IMG/VR virus record: IMGVR_UViG_3300031418_000003 | Reading direction: 5' to 3' (one strand) | DNA from: a virus | Lineage: Duplodnaviria > Caudoviricetes | Length of the DNA: 64,000 nucleotides | Part shown: piece after piece, positions 60,325 to 64,000 of the stretch | Position numbering within the stretch: the first letter of the stretch is position 1 | How the letters are laid out: every line of letters begins with the position of its first letter | Position numbers and translations under genes: made by a program | The notes under the pieces: generated by a model | Database searches by the model: none | What the model was told of the DNA's origin: nothing | The model's input: the letters and a program-made list of their open reading frames with translations, nothing else

Positions 60325-60815
60325 TACGACACCATAATAGTGATTTGAGAGATACCGCCTGTTACCGGAATACTTGTTACGGTAAACCCGTCGTCAATTC
60401 CGATAGATTGCAGTGAAGCACTGACGAAGTTCTGAATACGGCTGGAGATATCGTCAGAATACATGACGTCTGCATTCATCGCAAACATGTCGATCGCCAT
60501 ATTGCAATCATCAGCAGCTGCCTGAATCAGATCGTTAATGACTGAGCCGTTGTAGTTTTCACCATCGATCAGTTCCTTTACTTCATAGGTAGGAGGAAGC
60601 ATCTTACCTTCAGAGAAATGGCTCAGACCATATTTGATCTGTGCTTTCTCAACAGGACCGGTTGAGGTAAACGTAACAGAATGTTCGATAATACAGCTGA
60701 CGCGAGCACCTGCCGGCGCCAGTTCTTGAACACGGCTTTTCTCAGCACGAACCACTTGAACCAACTGAGTCAGATAGTTGCGCACGTCTAAAGAGTCTAC
60801 TAATAAATTGGTCAT
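60324..60815 (-). CDS. Hypothetical protein
   Basis: 163 aa, first gene after an early promoter, TAGGA SD. Confidence 0.7.
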   Translation of the reverse strand: MTNLLVDSLDVRNYLTQLVQVVRAEKSRVQELAPAGARVSCIIEHSVTFTSTGPVEKAQIKYGLSHFSEGKMLPPTYEVKELIDGENYNGSVINDLIQAAADDCNMAIDMFAMNADVMYSDDISSRIQNFVSASLQSIGIDDGFTVTSIPVTGGISQITIMVS

Positions 60816-60859
60816 GACAGATTTTCCTAAAGTAAATTAATTGTGAGTGTTACAAAGTA

Positions 60860-60875
60860 ATAATATCGAACTAAA
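60860..60875 (-). promoter_or_regulatory. Early promoter motif copy (TTTAGTTCGATATTAT)
   Basis: Matches the repeated motif; intergenic. Confidence 0.7.
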
Positions 60876-60898
60876 AAGAAATGTAACTAAACATGCAA

Positions 60899-60930
60899 AA
60901 ACTTAAGGCAGGTTTCCCCACCTTAAGTTT
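60899..60930 (-). terminator. Terminator hairpin
   Basis: AAACTTAAGG/CCTTAAGTTT stem with an inner GG-GAAA-CC cap on the minus strand. Confidence 0.7.
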
Positions 60931-60937
60931 AGGTTAC

Positions 60938-61795
60938 TTATTTACTTTTCTTGTCAGAACTCAGCTGCTCTTTCTGCTCAGCTACGTTCTCTTTAGCTTC
61001 CTGCTCGTTCTCTTTAGCAACGTCGACTGGGTCCTGAGTTGCGTCAGCAGAATTTGACTGACCAGTAGGACCATTGTCAGACGGACCCGGCTGAGCTGGG
61101 GTCTTCAGTTCCCGCTGAGTGCTTTCCGGATTGGCCTGATCGCTTTCGTTTGATGCTGGAGTGTTTTCTGAAGTCACTTGAGTTTTCCCTTCTGATTTGA
61201 GATCCACTTTAGAATCCATTTTAGAAGTGGATTCGGATGGAATGGTTGTTTCCTCTTTACCTTTCCCAAGGTAAGCAATCAGGAAACGACCAGCAACGAT
61301 CGGATGATCGATGTCTACATGACCAACAGCCTTCGAGTTTGAATCCGGCTTACCATAAATGGTCGGCACGAAAGAATCTTCAGGGAAAGAATAACCCGTC
61401 AGTTTCAAACCTTCAGAGATGTTGGAATCTTTCTCTACGACCAGATAACGACTTTTGTTTTCTTCGACGTAGAGTAAAGCTGGAATACTAACCAGATCCA
61501 GAGCAGCGATCTGTTCTGCGCCCTGCTGGTTAGCACGAGAAAGTGCGTCAATTGTTCCGGTATTGAAGCCAATGCTGCTGACCCAGTTGCCGCGTGCTTT
61601 AGCAGAAACTTTAACGGTGTATTTACCGGTTTTCAGGTCACGGTTAAACGGACCGAATACAACTTCTGACTCTTGCAGATCTTTGTATTTCTTTTCCGCC
61701 AGAGCGATATCTTTCTGATTACCTGATTTGCGGGCAGCATTAAGTTGCGCGTTAGTAAACAGATCAAGGAGATACTGATTAATAGTCTTAGACAT
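60938..61795 (-). CDS. Hypothetical protein with a long disordered S/E/Q/K/P-rich tail
   Basis: 285 aa; N-terminal LLDLF...VVFGP...VKVSA loosely resembles tail-fibre-associated repeats. Confidence 0.65.
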   Translation of the reverse strand: MSKTINQYLLDLFTNAQLNAARKSGNQKDIALAEKKYKDLQESEVVFGPFNRDLKTGKYTVKVSAKARGNWVSSIGFNTGTIDALSRANQQGAEQIAALDLVSIPALLYVEENKSRYLVVEKDSNISEGLKLTGYSFPEDSFVPTIYGKPDSNSKAVGHVDIDHPIVAGRFLIAYLGKGKEETTIPSESTSKMDSKVDLKSEGKTQVTSENTPASNESDQANPESTQRELKTPAQPGPSDNGPTGQSNSADATQDPVDVAKENEQEAKENVAEQKEQLSSDKKSK

Positions 61796-61908
61796 TATCT
61801 TTGTTCCATAGGAATGAGTGATTAATTTTCCCTACGAGAGAGAAAATTATAAATACCTTTCATAAAATGCCAGGTACCGTACTTAACAAAAAAAAATAAA
61901 CAAAGAGA

Positions 61909-61936
61909 TAATCCACTCCCAATCGGGAGTGGATTA
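61909..61936 (-). terminator. Terminator hairpin
   Basis: TAATCCACTCCC/GGGAGTGGATTA; A9 at 61888-61896. Confidence 0.85.
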
Positions 61937-61939
61937 GTA

Positions 61940-62386
61940 TTACTCATCATTGTCCAGATTGCCAGGGAAGTAGTCAGCAGTGATGCGACCACCACACATA
62001 CCGACATAGGCAGTCATGATACCTGCACCTGATGCAACCATTGCAGACTGTGGTGCTGCTTTCAGAAACGGCGCAGCCATGGTCAGCGCTACACCGCCAG
62101 TAACCGCAGCAACGGCTGCAGATTTCTTAGAACCGGTTGGAGAAATCAGTTCCAGACCCACAGCCAGCGTCAGACCAATTACACCACCGACCAGGTTGCG
62201 GTTGTCTTTCAGGTAGTTGCCGGTTTTGACATGAAGCAATTTAGCATCAGCCAGTACCTGGTTAACCACTTTATCAATGTCTGTCAGTGGTTCACCGACC
62301 GCTGCCATTTTGATAGCAAGCAGTTTATCGGCGATTTCTTTATCAGTCAGTTCGTTCAGGTCGATAGCTTCGTTGTTGTTTTCCAT
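61940..62386 (-). CDS. Membrane protein with G/A-rich helices
   Basis: Start refined to ATG 62386 (TAAAGGA SD); three small-residue-rich hydrophobic segments. Confidence 0.7.
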   Translation of the reverse strand: MENNNEAIDLNELTDKEIADKLLAIKMAAVGEPLTDIDKVVNQVLADAKLLHVKTGNYLKDNRNLVGGVIGLTLAVGLELISPTGSKKSAAVAAVTGGVALTMAAPFLKAAPQSAMVASGAGIMTAYVGMCGGRITADYFPGNLDNDE

Positions 62387-62442
62387 TTTGAAATCCTTTA
62401 TTAAATAAATGAGAGAGAACATTATTGTTCATATACACTTAA

Positions 62443-62459
62443 ATAATATAGGTCTCAAA
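62443..62459 (-). promoter_or_regulatory. Early promoter motif copy (TTTGAGACCTATATTAT)
   Basis: Matches the repeated motif and contains TATATTA, as in the phiKZ early consensus TATATTAC. Confidence 0.7.
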
Positions 62460-62474
62460 TAGGATGCAACTGAA

Positions 62475-63062
62475 TCACGAAGCGTTTAACTTACCTGTAC
62501 GATGATGGTTACGACAGACGGAGACATAAGTATCATTCCCACCTACTTCAACCTGCTTGCCTTCTCTGACTACCCTTCTATTCTCATCTAGCCGTAGAAC
62601 CATGTTGGCACGTTTACCACACCAACAGATCGTTCTAATCTCAACCAGGCGATCTGCCTGCGCAAATAACGTATTCGATCCCTCAAATAAGTTACCTTGA
62701 AAGTCCGTCCGTAGACCGTAAGCCATTACTGGGATGTTCAGGATGTCAACCACTTCAGTAAGCTGGATAGCTTGTTCTTTAGTGATGAACTGAACCTCGT
62801 CAATAAAGATACAGACGATCTTTGGATTCTCCGCCCACATGTCACCAATAAAGGTATACAAGTCCTGTTCAGGAGAAAACAGAATACAAGGCGTTTCATT
62901 ACCCATACGAGAACGAACCACCGCCTCACCTTCACGGGTGTCAATACTTGGCTTTAACACCAAAGTCTGCATACCCTGTTCGAGATAGTTGTGGTTGTCC
63001 TTTAATAGGAGTGCGGACTTTCCCGCGTTCATGGTACTGTAGTGAAAATGAAGGGAAGCCAT
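62475..63062 (-). CDS. tdk: Thymidine kinase
   Basis: YSTMNAGKS, FIDEVQF, YGLRTDF, LFEGS, CWCG and YVSVCRNH motifs. Confidence 0.95.
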   Translation of the reverse strand: MASLHFHYSTMNAGKSALLLKDNHNYLEQGMQTLVLKPSIDTREGEAVVRSRMGNETPCILFSPEQDLYTFIGDMWAENPKIVCIFIDEVQFITKEQAIQLTEVVDILNIPVMAYGLRTDFQGNLFEGSNTLFAQADRLVEIRTICWCGKRANMVLRLDENRRVVREGKQVEVGGNDTYVSVCRNHHRTGKLNAS

Positions 63063-63074
63063 ATGGATCCTTAA

Positions 63075-63350
63075 TTAATGATAAATAAGCCAAAGAAATT
63101 GTGCAGGTATCCCAATCAGAACCATGTAGTTAAGAAAAGGTTTCTCTAACATATTGTCTTTGAACTCAAAAATTACTTCAAAAAGTCTTGCAACCAGAGC
63201 GCCCAAAGTAAAGTAGGCAAATATCTTGTAATTAAGGACCAACGCAAGTGTGACAACCATTACAATGAATATCAACGCGAATAAATTGTCTTGGGTGAAG
63301 AGGGTCTTTCTTCCACCGTCCTTTACTGCGGTCAATCGTTTAAACAACAT
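63075..63350 (-). CDS. Small multi-TM membrane protein
   Basis: 91 aa, three hydrophobic segments, GGAGG SD. Confidence 0.7.
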   Translation of the reverse strand: MLFKRLTAVKDGGRKTLFTQDNLFALIFIVMVVTLALVLNYKIFAYFTLGALVARLFEVIFEFKDNMLEKPFLNYMVLIGIPAQFLWLIYH

Positions 63351-63514
63351 GTCACGCCTCCTCTCGGAGGTTATTGCCCTCTACCAGCTGCATACTGCGC
63401 CTCGATATGGCTAAAGCATATTAATCGAGATCAGGGCTGATATCCGTTGCATGATAATTGTCAGATTCCTTTCTACCCTTTCACATTTTTAACAAAAAAA
63501 AATAGAGGAAGACA

Positions 63515-63540
63515 CTACCTCAGGGATATCCCTGAGGTAG
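63515..63540 (-). terminator. Terminator; perfect 26-bp palindrome
   Basis: CTACCTCAGGGATATCCCTGAGGTAG; A9 at 63494-63502. Confidence 0.85.
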
Positions 63541-63547
63541 CACCTAA

Positions 63548-64000
63548 TTACTGATAGTTCTGATTAGAACGACCCATGACATTATTGATCTTGCCCAGAG
63601 TTTTCGCAGTTGCCCACGCACCCTCAAGCGCAATCATTGTTGCAGCAGCATTGTCAAATACAGCGGTCGGTTTATCAGAAACCTCGCCGGTAACCAAATC
63701 AACATATTTACCGTACTCAGCATCGCCAGGGCGAAGGTTAGTCAGGTGCATATATTGCTCGGTCAGTAGATCAGAAAGATCAATCCGCAGTTGTTCAAGT
63801 TCCTCATCAGATTGTTCGGGTTGCTCTGAGACGAACTTGCTGGCTTCCATATAACCGTAACCAATGCCCGGAAGGACACCGTACTGAAGACCTGTGCGGG
63901 CTGCCTTCATCACATCTTCGTAACGATAATAACGTTCGGATGCATCCGAATCAGTCACGCCAGTTACTTTGATAGTAATGTTGTTTGCACGCAGGCGACC
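63548..64000 (-). CDS. groEL: GroEL-like chaperonin, C-terminal part (gene starts beyond the window)
   Basis: The frame is open to the edge: [46 protein letters not shown] aligns with GroEL [54 protein letters not shown]...AL matches the equatorial C-terminus. Confidence 0.85.
   Translation of the reverse strand, partial: [150 protein letters not shown]

Noticed and set aside
1-64000. CRISPR array, tRNA, rRNA, IS element or stop-codon reassignment
   Set aside because: Repeats are isolated hairpins rather than repeat-spacer arrays; no cloverleaf or transposase seen; core genes are full length under the standard code.

Overview
A 64-kb segment of a phiKZ-related (nucleus-forming type) jumbo myophage genome, most like the Pseudomonas phage OBP lineage. 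The lineage call rests on a 328-aa PG-binding + GH19 endolysin closely resembling OBPgp279 as I recall it, a GH19 domain on the gp181-like tail protein and a GroEL-like chaperonin. Core blocks: tail sheath/tube and neighbours (1-6317); prohead protease, virion RNA polymerase subunits, endolysin and tail lysin/baseplate genes (22604-43606); a vRNAP beta-C fragment, RecA/UvsX, SNF2 helicase, head proteins and an RNase H-fold protein (43673-58441); tdk and the end of groEL (62475-64000). Minus-strand accessory regions (6384-22507, 58488-62386) are driven by a repeated early-promoter motif and consist largely of diverged paralog families. I saw no tRNA, rRNA, CRISPR array, IS element, intron or intein. 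Most notable leads: an array of five exported two-cysteine paralogs, an interleaved two-family gene cassette, a T4 gp16-like small-terminase candidate, a pseudo-RNase H, terminators with a displaced U-tract, and a double-uORF/hairpin leader upstream of tdk. All homology calls come from motif recognition and memory; no database search was run.
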